Shown here in pieces: positions 40,666 to 54,524 of a DNA stretch of 64,000 bases. The stretch spans positions 47,866,001 through 47,930,000 of the forward strand of contig NC_045697.1 in assembly GCF_009834535.1 (NCBI RefSeq), in the 5' to 3' direction. Position numbers and translations under genes: made by a program. The notes beneath the pieces were generated by a model. That model saw only the letters and a list, made by a program, of their open reading frames with translations, did no database searches and was not told the origin of the DNA. Source of the DNA: Camelus ferus. Its lineage: Eukaryota. How positions within the stretch are numbered: the first letter of the stretch is position 1; every line of letters starts with the position of its first letter.

Positions 40666-43600
40666 CTGAAAACGATCATCAAGAACAAACCACAAATTTT
40701 AACAATTATTTTTAAATTATGTCAAACAATTCTCATCAAAGTACCAGAAATGAACAACTATCACTCCATCCAGAAATTGAAAGAAAAGAATAAAACCACC
40801 ATGAATGTTCAAATGGGAAGGAAAATATTATAAAGCTGCCTAAAAGCTTAACTATTATTACTATTCTTGAACCAAGCCTCAATCTAATATCCTACTGCCT
40901 AGAGGGTGAGGACTGATGGCCAAAGTTGTGGGAGCCAAGTCAGGGAACAAGGGTGGATGGGGAAGACGGAAAGGTTTTCCATCTTTCTGTGTACACACAC
41001 ATATTCACTTAGTATCTCTCTTTCCAATTCTCTCAACTCCTGATCTCCTCTAGTAAAAGACCCTGTTTTAATCTTTCCCATCATCTGCTAGCATGGGAAA
41101 GTGCAGTTTCTCAGTGTCATAAAATATGTAAAATTTTTCTATAGTTTTCAATGAATTCTCCCTATTTCAGAGTGTTCTTGCCTCCATCCCCCCACATACC
41201 ATTAACACTCAATTCCAGAAGTACTTAGAGCCAGATCCTGAGCCTTTTTAAAGATTCTGAAGTGTAGATTATATTAATTTTTTGGCTTTCTCCATTGCTG
41301 ACTTAGGATTTGACATTTTCTAATCAGTTACCACCTGGAAGCCTCAGAACACATGTTATTTTCAAGAGTCCATGGGATACTTGAAAAAAGAATATTAATG
41401 TTACATGTAAGTCACAATTAAAGTCTCAGGAAATTTTTTTAAAGTAGAAACGAAAAAGGATGCATTCTTCAACCATAATGCAGTCAGAGTTTAATAAAAC
41501 CTTAGAGCCAAAAAAAGTTCCAAATTTTGAAATACTCTCCCTAAGAATAAAAAATCCCATGACAGAAAATAATGACAAGGAAACTAAATATCAAACATAT
41601 AATTAGAGGTAAATTCACAAATTTAAACCCTTTCATTATTAAAAAAAAAAAAATTTACAAATCTCATTAAAAACTTAGAAAATGAGAAAACAATCCAGAA
41701 AAAAAACCTCAAGATAACAGAATAAAGAAAAACAGCAAATCAATAATTTATGAATAGAAAAAAGTAGCAATAAATAAATTCTATAAGCTATGCTAAAAAA
41801 CAAAAGTACTTTAAAAAACATATATAGAAGAATGTCCTACTTGTAGGCTATGCCTGTGAAAATATTTAGGGGTAAAGCATTATGATGTCTGCAACTTTAT
41901 TCTAAGTGGTTCAGAAAATATAGAACATCTAATTTTCTCTAAGCAAACCACTTAGTTTTTCTAAGCAAATGTGACAAAATTGGTGAATCTAAGTGATGAG
42001 TATATAGGTGTCCATTATACTATTCTTTCAACTTTCCCATTCACTTAAAATTTTTAAAAAGTGAGGAAAAAGATATGCCAACATTGAGAGTATTTGCAAA
42101 TAAGAGCTTAACTAGGCTATTAAGCAATAAACTCCAAGATAATATGTGATATTTCATTGTTTTCTTACTTGAAATGTTATGAATATTTAGATATTCTTTT
42201 CTAAAGTGCTATGAACGCAAAGAATCCCCAATGCTCTAAGATAAAATGAAGAGAAATCACCAAGAGTCCTGACTTTATGGTTTTCAGAAAATATTATGGG
42301 GAAAAGTCATTTTTAAAAGCCTCACTTGTATGTACATGTATACTTGAAAAGAACTGCTTTGAAGTAAAAAATTAAAACAGAAAAAAAAGTTGATTGGAAA
42401 TATAGCAGGTCCTCACTAAACATTCTTTCGAAAGCTAAACACTTTTTTATGAAATGCAGAAAATCCCATCAAGTTGCTGTGCTGACAACAAAGCACTTAT
42501 AAAGGGGCCAAAACTACAAAGAATGATCTGAAACTAAGTAGATTTTATATAGTACACTGCACCCTTTAAAAGGTCCAGTGTGCATTATAACAGAAATCTG
42601 TTTTTAGCCTCATACTTTATCTAATTTAATTAACCCCAAAAGATTTTCAGGTTAGAAATGATTTGAAAATCAAAGTCTAAAACCCATGAAAACTACAGTA
42701 TTTCTACATATGTGAGAGTCTATTGAACTGGATTCAGACTTAAGTTAGCTAGTTGCTACTTGAAAAACATATATACAGAAACATGGGTCAGTTTTTATAG
42801 ACTCTTTTATAAGTGTATATAGTAAGCCATGAGAGTCATAATTGATTATGTGAAATACTATGATAGGTTAAATAAACCAAATGCACACATCCCTAATTTT
42901 CCTTTAAACTATGGCTCATGTCCTCTCTTCTTGATAAATGCTTCCTACTGCAAGTCCTACTGTGCCCAATGTTACAGCTCTAGTAATTTTTTTCCTAGTG
43001 AAAAGTTGTATCTCTTGATCGCCACCTCTCTCAGCAAGTGAAATCTAACTATAACACTGTCACATTCGTTTGTTTTTTAAATAGGTGAGGCAATAAACAT
43101 TAACAAGTGAAAGGAGGAAGAGAGAGAACATTTTAGGTTTTGACAAATATAAAGGTATTATGTGTGCCTCTGTAAAATGGGAAAATCAATATTAATATAA
43201 AACCAGAAAGAACTTTAACCTTATAATAAAAGACAAGTTAAAAATCAACAATGGGACTGGTTTACAATAAAATTTACAAGTGATATAGAAAAGTAGGCTA
43301 GAGGCCAAGATTCTTAAGTCAAACACAGACTCTATCAGTGAGAAAAAACAAAGCATGTTTCTGAGAGCCTCACAGCTAACAAAAAATGGATTTGTGGTAT
43401 GTTGTAAAATACTAACAGACACCCTTTGAAAATTACTTTTTTTACAAAAAAATCAAAGTCTTTATTCTGGCAGGTTTATGCTATAATATCTGGACAGTTT
43501 AATTTTTTGTTTAATGTCAAAATATACACCTGACTAAGCATTCCTATAATGAATAGAGGGTAAGATTTTTACTTCTGACTCTAATTTTGTGAAATCCCAG

Positions 43601-44481
43601 GAATTAAAATTTACGCTTTCCATATTACTCCATAAGGATTGTTTGAAAGGTTTAAATTAAAGTTTCACAAAATACTGATTCACTAAATATTACATAATGT
43701 CTTTTAATAATTTATAACTAATCTTTAATTGGTAGTAGCTTCTGTTTATTTACATATTTGCATATTCATTCATTACATAATTATTTATTGATTATCTACT
43801 CTTTGCCAGGAAATTCCAGGAATTGGGGATACAGTAATAAATAAAATGGACAAAGATTCCCACCTTTTATTTTCTTATTCTTTTAGGTTTCTTGGTTCCT
43901 CCCTGCTCAGCTGTGGCAAAATCTTAATTGTCTCTCAAATCCATCCCCTCTTCTTTTAAATAATTAAAGTTTTAGTCGGGCACAAGGGGACCCAGCTAGA
44001 CACTACATGGCACAGACCTTTAGCTAAACCATGTGACTAATCTCTGGACTGTGGGATGGAGCGGAAGTGATGAGGCCAAAATGGTTCACATGCTTGAAAA
44101 AACTGATGCATCTCTGAAGACACACACATTACATTAGTGGAAAAGAAAGATACAGAACAGTGTACGTGGCACATTGTGTACATAAATGCATTTTGTTAAG
44201 GGTGTTATGTTTATGCTGTAATATTTCTATTACAAAATAAAACTATTAATAGGAGTCCCATGAGAAAACAATTACAGAGAGAAGGGTTTCAGTGTTTCCT
44301 CATATATTTTTGTAAAATGCTTGAATTTAATAAAGTGAATACATTAAATTTAAAATATTTAAATGTCAACATTTACGTAAGTAGCATAATTATGACTATT
44401 ATATTGTCTTCTACATAATAAACTCAGATAAATCATTTTAAAACTATCTAATTACTATTAGAAATTAAAGTGCTACTTAGA

Positions 44482-44717
44482 GGGATGGGAAGGGATAAAT
44501 TTGGGACTGAAATTTGCAAATATTAGCCACTATATATAAAAACAGATTTAAAAAAATTTCTTCTGTATAGCACAAAGAAGTATATTCAGTACCTTGTAAT
44601 AATCTTTCATGAAAAAGAATATGAAAGTGAATGTATATATGTATATGCATGACTGGGACATTGTGCTGTACACCAGAAACTGACACACTGTAACTGACTA
44701 TACTTCAGTTTTTTAAA
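44482..44717 (+). mobile_element. Young 5'-truncated L1 3' end (same family as 1399-1598)
   Basis: Highly similar to the 1.4-1.6 kb copy. Imperfect 15-bp TSD aaagtgctacttaga (44467-44481) / agagtgctatttaga (44718-44732). Confidence 0.88.
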
Positions 44718-45534
44718 AGAGTGCTATTTAGAACATATACACTGGACGGGTACATACTATGTCTCAACTTCATTTTTTGAGTATCTACCTTAGTTTCATT
44801 TCTATTTCATGGAAAGAGTCATAATTTTTTTAAAAAGTTAGGGTCCAGCTGAAGAAATTTGCTTTTTCTTCCCTGTAAATCTTTATTTTTAGTTTTGTGC
44901 TTTAAGATGTTTCCCTTGAATCTGATCACTCACCAACCTACTTTTACCCCAACCAACTTATTCATGCTAAGAGAAAATAAATGGTGACTACATGATAGCA
45001 ATATAAGAGACTGAGAATTAAATATTCCAGTAACAGTCTGTTCTGTCAGCATTATGTTCGACATTATCATCTGAATGACATTTTCACTGACATGAGTATT
45101 TGATCTGATGGTACATACAGACATAACCAATTTTATGAATATGTAAACCATTGGTACAAATGATAGGAAATATTAAGAACAAAACTAATTTACCTGCAAG
45201 TAATGCTGACAAATGTTCTGATACACAAAGGCATTAGTGGCTGAGTTCTAATACCCAAGATGTTAATCCTCAAGTCAGATAATTAAGAAAGATCATTCAA
45301 CTAATTGTCTTTATCACTTTGATACAGAAGGAAAACCAGCTTAAACTATTAAAAATCAATTTCACATTACAGCATCATTAGAACTAGACCCTGAAGCAAT
45401 GTGGCAGTACAGACGCTGCTTATAACAAGGAAAATCCAGATGATTTAACTAAAGTAAGATAGTCTCTCCTGTTCAAGCAAACAAAAACACAAAATTAACA
45501 CATTTTCCTCTCCCTAAAAACACCTCTCTAGATT

Positions 45535-45735
45535 TGGAGTCAGCAAGCTTTTTCTCTAAAGATCCAGCTAGTAAATATTTTATGCTTTGCAGGCCACATA
45601 CGATCTCTGCAAATTTTTGTTTGCTTCGTTTTTTACAACCATGTGAAACTGTAAAGACCATTCCTAGGTCACAGACTGTAAAAATAAGCCACAAACTGGA
45701 TTTGGCCCATGGGCCAGAGTTTGTTGGCCCTGCTC
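45535..45735 (+). mobile_element. MER58-like hAT-Charlie element
   Basis: cagcaagctttttctctaaagatccagctagtaaatatttt...ggatttggcccatgggccagagtttgttggccctg. Confidence 0.7.
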
Positions 45736-46069
45736 TAGATAGACCCCTTTTATCCAAAATGAGGAGGACCTCAAGTGGGCGATGATGATGTCAGTGCCCT
45801 TTCATCTGCAGACTCATTCTAAACTCAACTAGCAAAAACAACAATAACAGCAAGATTACACCTTTAGTATCTCCAACTGTAAAGTAACATCACTCATGAA
45901 AATGTAAAACTTTTAAGGAAGATATATTACTTTGCTTTGAAACCTCTATTAAAAATCTGTTACCTCTGACAATTATATTTTTATGAAATAGTTATATTGT
46001 ATTATATACAACTGTAAACATATTTTTATACTTTTTTAAACATATATGGAGATACACTTGATGCTACAT

Positions 46070-49000
46070 TTTTAATAACTTTACAGAGGCATATTTTGCA
46101 TATCACAGTATTCATTTTCCAATTTACAATTCATTGATTTTTTTTAGTAAGTTTATCAACAATCACCATAAATCAGTTTTAAAACATCTTCATCACCCCA
46201 ATATGATCCCTAATGTACATTTACTATTAATGCTTGTTCCTTCCCATCCCCCCCTCCCAGGCAATCACTAATCTTTCTGTCTCTATAGTTTTACCTTTTT
46301 TGGATATTTCACATAAATGGTATCACACAGTATGTAGTTTCTGTGTCTGCTTTCTTCACTGAGAATGTTTCTGAAGGTCATCCACATCATAGCATACATC
46401 CATATTTTGTTCCTTCTTATTGCTAAATAGTATTCGAACGGATATGTTGCACATCAAGTTTTGATACGAGTATACACTCGTGAAACCATCATCAGTCAGG
46501 ATAACAAACATGTCAATCATTCCTAAAATTTCTTTTGCTTCTTTGTAATCCCTCCTTCCTATCCTATTCCAGCCACCCTGTCCCCTACTCGTCTACTTTC
46601 TGTCAGTAAACATTATTTTGCAGCTTCCAGAAGTTTACATAAATGGAATCACATAGTATGTACTCCTTTTTGTCTGGCTTCTTTCAATAAGCATAATTTT
46701 TTTTAATTCATTCATGTTAAAGCATGCATCAATAGTTTATTTATTATTAAAAATATTCTATTATATAAATATAACAAAGTGTGTTTATACATTTACCTGT
46801 CAATGGACACATGAAATGTTTCTGGTTTTTGGCTATTACAAATAAATCTGTTACAACATCCAAGACATGGAAACAACCTAAATGTGACAGATGACTGGAT
46901 AAAAAAGTTGTGGTGTATTTATACAATGGAATACTACTCAGCCATAAAAAATAATAAAACAATGCCATTTGGAACAACATAGATGGACCTGGAGATTGTC
47001 ATTCTAAGTGAAGTAAGCCAGAAAGAGAAAGAAAAATACCATTTGATATCACTTATATGTGGAATATAAAAAAAAAAAGACAAATTAACTTATTTACAAA
47101 ACAGACTCAAAGACACAGAAAACAAACTTATGGTTACCAGGGGAAAGGAAGTGGGAAGATATAAATTGGGAGTTCAAAATTTGCAGATACTAATATATAT
47201 ATAATAGATAAACTAGTTCATACTGTAAAGCACAGGGAACTATATTCAGTATCTTATAGTAACTTAAAAGAAAAAGAATATGAAAATGAATATATGTATG
47301 TTCATGTATGACTAAAGCATTATGCTATACACCAGAAATTGACGTAACACTGTAAACTGACTATACGCCAATAAAAATATATATACAGAAAAAATAAATA
47401 AATCTGATATAAGCATTTGTTTACAAATCTTTGCATGAACATATGCTTTAATTTCTCCTTGGTAAATATTTAAAATGTGAAGTAGTAGGATCATATAGTA
47501 TGTGGACGTTAAACTTCTTAAACTGCCAAACTGTTTGTCAAAAAGGCCACATCATTTTACATTCCCACAGTAAAATATGAGCATATGAGCATTCCACTCC
47601 CTCCATATCCTCACCAACACTTGGTATAGTCAGTCTTTTTAACTTTAGTCATTGCAATAGATGTGTAATGATATCTCATTGTGGTTTGAATTTGTATTTC
47701 CTTAACAACTAATAATGCTGAGCATCTTTTAATGTGTTTGTCATTTGTTTGCCATGTGTTTGTCACACCTTGGTGAGGTGTGTTCAAATATTCTGATTTT
47801 TAAAACTGAATATTTTTACTACTGAGTTTTAAGAATTCTTTTGTGGATTTATCAGATACATGATTTGCAAATATTTTATCCCAATTTGTGGTTTATCTTT
47901 TCATTCTCTCAACAGTATCTCTTAAAGAGAAAAGGTTTTAATTTTCATAAAGTACAATTTATCAGCCTGTTCTTTTGTGGATCATACTTCTGGTGTCAAA
48001 CATAAGAAATTATTCCCTAATTCAACTTTTTTTTCTAGAAGTTTTGTCATTTGGAGTTTACATTTAGGTCTTTGATACATTTTGAGTTAATTATATTTGG
48101 TATGAAGTATGGATCAAAGTTCATTTTATCACATATAGATAAATTGTTCTAGTACATTTGTTGAAAAGACTCTCTTGCCTCACTATTAAAAATGCCTTTG
48201 TACTTGTTTTAAATCAGTTGTCTATGTGAGTTTTGATCTTTTATTTATTTGTTTATTTTTGGACTCTATATTCTATTCCACTGATCATTTTGTCTCTTTT
48301 GATATCAACATCATACTGTTTTAATTACTGTAGCTTTATAAATCTTAAAATCAGATAGACCTCCAACTTTGTTCTTTGTCAAAGTTATTTTGGCTAGTCT
48401 AGATCCTTTGTATTTCCACATGAATTTTAGAATCAGCATGCCAATTTCTAACAAAAACATAAGTGGGATTTTGGTTGAGAATGTACTGTGTCTATACATT
48501 ATTTTAGGGACAACTGACATCTTAACAATATCGAGTTTACTGATACATGAGTATGATCCATCTCATCATTTCTTTAGACCTTCTTTATTTAATTTCTCTC
48601 AACTACATTTTGAAGTTTGCAGTGTATGGAAACTATAAATGGCATTTCTTAGTTTTAAATTTTAATTTCTAAATGTTCTTTGCTGTTACACAGAAATAAA
48701 TTGATTTCTGTATATTGATTTTGTATCCTGCAACCTTACTTAACTCACTTCCTTGTTCTACTAGCTAGATCGTGCTATCTTGTGCAAAATGACAGTTTTA
48801 CTTCTTCCCTTCTAACCTGGAGGCCTCTTTTATCTGCCTGACTGCATTACTTAGATGCCCTAGATCAGTGCTGAACAGAAGGGGTGGGAATGGATATCCT
48901 TATCTTGTTCCTTATCTTAGGAGGAAAGCCTTTCAGCACTAAGTACCACGTCAGCTGTTGATTTTTCCTAGATCCCCTTTATCAGGTTGAGGATGTTAAT

Positions 49001-49360
49001 CTATTCCTAGTTTGCAGAGACTTTTTAATCAGGAAGGAGTGTTAGACTCTGTCAAATGTTTTCTCTGAGATAATCACAACTTGATTTTTAGTTTGTTAAT
49101 ATGGTAAATTATAATGATTGTTGAATGTTAAACTAACCTTCTGTTCCTAGGATAAACTCTACTTGGTCATGATGTTTATCCTTTTTATACATTGCTGGAT
49201 TCTATTTGCTAAAATTTAGTTTATAATTTTAGTATCTACATCCATGAATAATACTGGACTGTCATTTCCTTTGTCTGGTTTTGGTATCAAGGTAATGCTG
49301 ACTGCTTTAGGTGGAAAGGTAAATCAGGTCCCTGTTACTCCATCTTAGCCAGAAGAAGTC
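46070..49360 (-). mobile_element. Antisense old L1s: one 3' end (46070-46440) plus an L1MC-like element (46445-49360)
   Basis: Antisense 3'UTR and ORF2 landmarks. ORF 48311-48520(-) is a decayed ORF2 piece (LILKFMWK...KNKVGGLSDFKIYKATVIKTV). Confidence 0.88.
46857..47395 (+). mobile_element. Young L1 3' end nested in the older antisense L1
   Basis: catggaaacaacctaaatgt...tggacctggagattgtcattctaagtgaagtaagccagaaagagaaag. TSD core aaataaatctg at 46840-46850 and 47396-47406. Confidence 0.9.
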
Positions 49361-50004
49361 TGCTTAATAGTTATTAGGCCATTATCTCATCTACTCCTTT
49401 CTAACCTAGAAAGTATGTCATTATCAACCTCACTTTACATAGAGGGAAAATGGGGAATGAGGGAAAAGTGAGGCTCAGAGAGCAAGGTAGCACAGTTCTA
49501 ATCTGGAACTAGGACTTGGATCCACATGGTATGAATCTTAAACCCACTCTCTCAACCTCCTACAATACTATACTATTTAAGAAGTATTTGAAAAGATTCT
49601 CTTTCAGCACACAAATTTCTTTTTCATTAAGAAGAAGCACTGTATCTCTAAAAGATCAAGGTGGTCTGTTCTGGAGCCCATGCCAACCACTATAGTATTC
49701 GTTAAAAAGAATGAATAAGATGCCATTTTTTTATACTCTGAGTCAGGATCTAATATAAACTATTAGCTTTTCAATATACTGAAACCATTACCTAAGAAAA
49801 CATTACTTAAGAAAAAAGATATAGCTAGGAATTATAAAGAGTCTTATAAAGACACTTTATAGTCCCAAAAAGTCCAACCAACAGTAACAATAGCTGCTAT
49901 CATTTTAAAATTCTATGTTCAAAACCACATTGTAAAATAGATATTACTATATAAGTTTTATAGATGTGGGAATTTGAGACATAACAACATTAAGAAACTT
50001 GTTT

Positions 50005-50255
50005 AGGGGGAAGGGGTAACATAGGAGTAGGGGACTAAGAGGTACAACCTATTATGTATAAAATAAGCTACAAGAGCATATTTGTACAACATGGGGAATA
50101 TAGCCAACATTTTTATAATAACTATAAATGGAGTACAGCCTTTAACAATTGTGAATCACTACATCGTATACCTACATTATACCTATGGTATAGTAACATA
50201 TAATACTATACAACAACTATACTTCAATTTGAAAACTAAATGAAAAAACAAAAGG
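50005..50255 (+). mobile_element. L1 3' end inserted into an antisense MIR-like relic
   Basis: taagaggtacaacctattatgtataaaataagctacaag...aatatagccaac...aactatacttcaat plus an A-rich tail. Confidence 0.8.
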
Positions 50256-50719
50256 AAAATTATTTAAAATCTGCCATTCTTTAAGCAGCCAAATAGATAT
50301 TCAAGCCCAAGTCTCTATAGCTCCAGAATATTCTCTTAAAATTTGTACTTGGTTTTTTGTTTGTTTTTTACATTAAAATGTCATCCCTAAGAAAAGAGAA
50401 GCACTGCCAAGAGCCTTTTGGGAACAAGGAAATTCCAACATCAGATTCCAGCAGAGCTCAATGCCAAATGAATTAGAGCTAAGCTTTGATGATAATGATG
50501 TTTGTACTGAAGGATTTCCCAATTCCTGACTGGATTAAACTTGCTTTGCCCCCTTTCTAAAGTAAGTTTCCCTTCTATAAAACTAGCTAAGTATCTTTTT
50601 TATATTTCTGATGATCAACAGTGGGCACAGCTTAATTAGCTTGGACCACTAGCTGTTGGCTATAATGCAGAATTCCTTCAGAGTAGAATGGGAGGAGGAG
50701 TAACAGCTACTCGAGTAAG

Positions 50720-50970
50720 TCCAGTCATTAGGCAAGATGGCACAGGGAGGAGACTCCCAAGGTTCAAATACCTAGCGTGCCTCACACTAGCTGTGAGACT
50801 TTGGAAAAATTATTTAAACTTTCTGGGCTTCCATTCCTTCATCTATAAAATAGGGATGATAATTTATCTCTCATAGGGTTGTGGATTAAAAGACACAATA
50901 CATGCAAATTGTTTAGAATAGTGCCTGGCAATTGGTAGGCACTGTTTAAATTTTGTTAATATTATTATTA
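50720..50970 (+). mobile_element. MIR SINE
   Basis: ggttcaaatacc...ctagctgtgagactttgg...ttccttcatctataaaatagggatgataat...agaatagtgcctggca. Confidence 0.85.
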
Positions 50971-51601
50971 TCCCTATAGTTACTGCACAAGAAAAAATTA
51001 CATAAATAGGTATGCTAGAGATTCTGTAGTATTAAGAAATATTAGCAAATAAGTATGTATTTTTATAAGTAAAAAACACAATTTATAAAAATCTGACATA
51101 TCTATATTAGTGTCCTAAAAATGGCTCTGGAAATTGATTTCCAGCATCTTCTGTAAGAGAGCAAACAGTTTTCAAACACAGACAGGGATAATCAAAAACA
51201 ATTCAGTAAAATAAACCAAACTTGTCAATTCCATTATAGTATTTAATACCTGCTATGGACTCAGCATTATGCAATATTCTACACAAGATATATAAGATCT
51301 AAGTTCTACTCTCAAAACGCTTAAAACATTAAAGAGCAAAAATAACATTCATAGAATAGATAAATAAGGGAAACTACAAGTAAATGTCAGTGAGTGGCAC
51401 ATAACTCTGGAAAGGAATTCTACAGCACCATTAAAATTTATGAGTTCAATCTATAAAAAAAATTATCTATGTATATATTTAGTGCCACTCCTAATGCTAG
51501 TGATAAGAACAAGTTCAAAGGACTGGTATATTATAAACTATCAGTGAATCACTTAAGAAAAAAAGAAAAGGGGTCACTGAATAATTTTCACTATCACTTA
51601 C

Positions 51602-51708
51602 TGTTGCTATTTTGGTCTCCAGAAAGTTCTCCCTTTCTTCATCTACCTTAATTTCATGTCCATTTTTAAATAATTCAAGCATTTTGGGGATGTCCCGGCC
51701 AACGGAAT
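51602..51708 (-). CDS. MRPL1: MRPL1 third-from-last coding exon (107 nt; exon 7 by recalled human numbering)
   Basis: Minus strand reads ttttctaaccag|AT TCC GTT GGC CGG GAC ... ATA GCA ACA|gtaagt and translates to (x)[35 protein letters not shown], matching my recollection of mammalian MRPL1. It starts in phase 1 and ends in phase 0, which fits the next exon. Confidence 0.96.
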
Positions 51709-51813
51709 CTGGTTAGAAAAATAGAAAATCCAAAGTTATCATTACATCTAAACAAGTGGCAAAAATACTGAATAAGAGAAGCATTCACCTCAAGTTAAGA
51801 TATAACAATGAAT

Positions 51814-52340
51814 TGTGGCAGATGGGTGGCCTATTTCCTGATGTTCATGTCCTTGTGTGATCCCTTTCCCTTGAGTGTGGATGAGACCTGAAACACGCTT
51901 CTACGCAAGACAGGATGATTACATATACATGACTACATTACACAAAGCTGCAATGGAGGCATGACTACATTACACAAAGCTGTCTTGGAGGCATCTCTTC
52001 CTATTGGCCTTGAAGAAGCAAGCTACAATGTCATGAGGTGACAAATGGAGAGGGCCATGGGTCAAGAAACTAAGACCCTCAGTCCAGAAACCTTCAAGGA
52101 ACTGGATTCTGCCAAAAAGCCACATAAATCTGGAATTGGATCCTTCCCCAGTCAAGTTTCACATAAAACCACAGCCCCAGTTGACACCCTGACTAGAGCT
52201 TGACAAGACCCTGAAGCAGAAAATCTAGCTTAGCTGTACACACATTCCTGACACACAGAAGCTGAGACAGTAAATGTGTGCTATTTTAACCCACCAAATT
52301 TGTCATATTAATGTTGCACGGTAATAAGTAAGTGTATACA
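51814..52340 (+). mobile_element. MaLR MLT1-type LTR
   Basis: tgtggcag start, ggccttgaagaagcaagct, aaggaactggattctgccaa and ctgacacacagaagctgagacagtaaatgtgtgctattttaacc. Confidence 0.8.
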
Positions 52341-53379
52341 ATGATGATGCTTATCATACTTTAGAAATATGGATGACAAAATAAAACACAAAATAACCCA
52401 TAGTAAAAGCTAACAGTGGAGTCTTAAAATCTTCAAAGAACTTTTTACTTACCTTTGCATGAAATTCACCTGACCTCCCTTACCATAAACGGAAGGAACT
52501 AGAAAAGTAGCAAGATTTAACAGTAGAAATATCTCAGTGAATGATACAGTCTGGAGGCAAATCATTACTGTACAAAAGGTTACAGAAGCTGGCATGAAAA
52601 AAGAGTTAAAAACTGAAACTTTACTGTTTTCTAATTTACTTTCTCCTCCATTAGGGTGGGGAAAAAAGATGCCACTGAATATAGAAAGTAGAAAAAAGGA
52701 ATCAAGGTAAAAACTAAGAATTTTCAAAGGACCATGCAAGAGACTCCAAACATAAACTATACCTTTCTCATCTTTAGTCATTAACATTTTAACTCAAATT
52801 TAACACATAAAAATATATATTCCTAATATTCCATAATACCATAACTGAAAACTGAAAAAATCTTCAATTTTGTACATAGAAAATGTGATTTATTTTAAGG
52901 GTAAGAAATATAGTAAGGAAAGTCCCACGGAAGACACACAACTCCCACTGTCTCCAGCAATTCTTCCCATAAGTCAGTGTGAAAATCTTATTGCATCGAG
53001 AGTACAGCACACTAAGGATCACCTGAGGAGTGGTTCAAATGGATCAAATGGAGCACTTCAGCTATAAATGAAAGCAATTATCCACAAGGAGCATACAATC
53101 AAACTGGGAGAAAAGGGATGTGCATACAAAAACTACTGAAAAAACACTGAGGGTTTTTAGTATCACATTGTAGTATAACAAGTGGTAAACATGACAGATA
53201 GTATAATAATAAACAAGTTTCTAGCAATGATGTACAAAAAACAGGCACCTCATTAAACCATCTATATCTCTATTTTAACTTCTTTAATTTAGATATATTT
53301 TTAAAGTTATGTTTTCTTAAGAATAGTGCCTTGGACACAATAGAAACTCAAGAATTACCTGCTGACTGACCTGAATCTA

Positions 53380-54160
53380 CACCCACAATGTGGCTTTCCT
53401 TCCTGTCATATGGAGGAACTGTCTATGTTCTTACTAAAGGCCATGCCTCTTCATTTGAGCACTGGATCCCATTCCTCCCAACCTATCCAGGGGCACCACT
53501 CCCCCCACTCTCCACTACACTGTCTACTTTCCCTGCTTTCTTACATCATCATCATCGACTCATAAACTTGCTATAAAATCCCCCATCTTAAAATAAAACA
53601 AGACTATGACTTCATATTGCCTTCCAGTGACATCCAATACTCTTTTAAGAACGTAAGTTTTCAAGAAAAAGCTATCATTTCTGTCTCTGCTTCCTCTTCT
53701 TCCATTTTCTCTCAGACCTACTTCAATCAGGTTATCATCCCTATTACTCCACTGACAAGAATCTTGTCAAGGACATCAGTGACCTTCACACTGGTAAATC
53801 CAGCAATAATTTCTCAGTGTTCCTCTGACTTGACCTACCAACAGTAGTTCACAAAATATATTTTTCCTCTTCCTACCATATCTTGATTTGTCCTCAAACA
53901 CTCCTCTCACTGCCTGATCCATTCTATTCTTGTTGGCTGAGCCACTCTCACTTAGCTGATTTCTAAAAGTTAAACTCCCTACGGGTTCAGTCATTTGACT
54001 TCTTTTTTTTGGATCCATACACACTCCCCAGCAAGTGATCTCATCCAGACATATTGCTTTAAACACCATTTATCCACTGATAACTGCCAAATTTGTATCT
54101 CTAGCCACAAGCTCTCTCATGATCTCCAACAACCTACTTAATATCTCCACCCAGATGTAG
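53380..54160 (+). mobile_element. L2 LINE fragment
   Basis: Motifs tcaaggacatcagtgaccttcac and ccatttatccactgataactgccaaatttgtatctctagcc. Confidence 0.7.
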
Positions 54161-54524
54161 GTAGGTAATTACTAAGGTGTACAATATGACAGATGTTTGT
54201 TTGCTCAAAGAATGAACAAATAAATGATGTTATAATTTTGAATCTGATACCATAGTGCTGTTGTAATGATAATGAAGTGGGAAAGAACAGGACTTAAGAA
54301 GGAAAGAAATAGTTTTGCATTAACACGTACTGAAGTGAGGGTGCCGACGGAATACTGAATACTGTATACAGTTGGAAATGAGACACCGGAAAAAAGTGAT
54401 GGATTGGGGACAATGACTGGACTTGACTTTTAAAGCCAGATCCATCCTAAAACAATCAAACAAAACCTCCTTCCTTTGACCTTACATATTCCTTTTCCTA
54501 TCTCCCTCTTTCTAACCAAATCTT

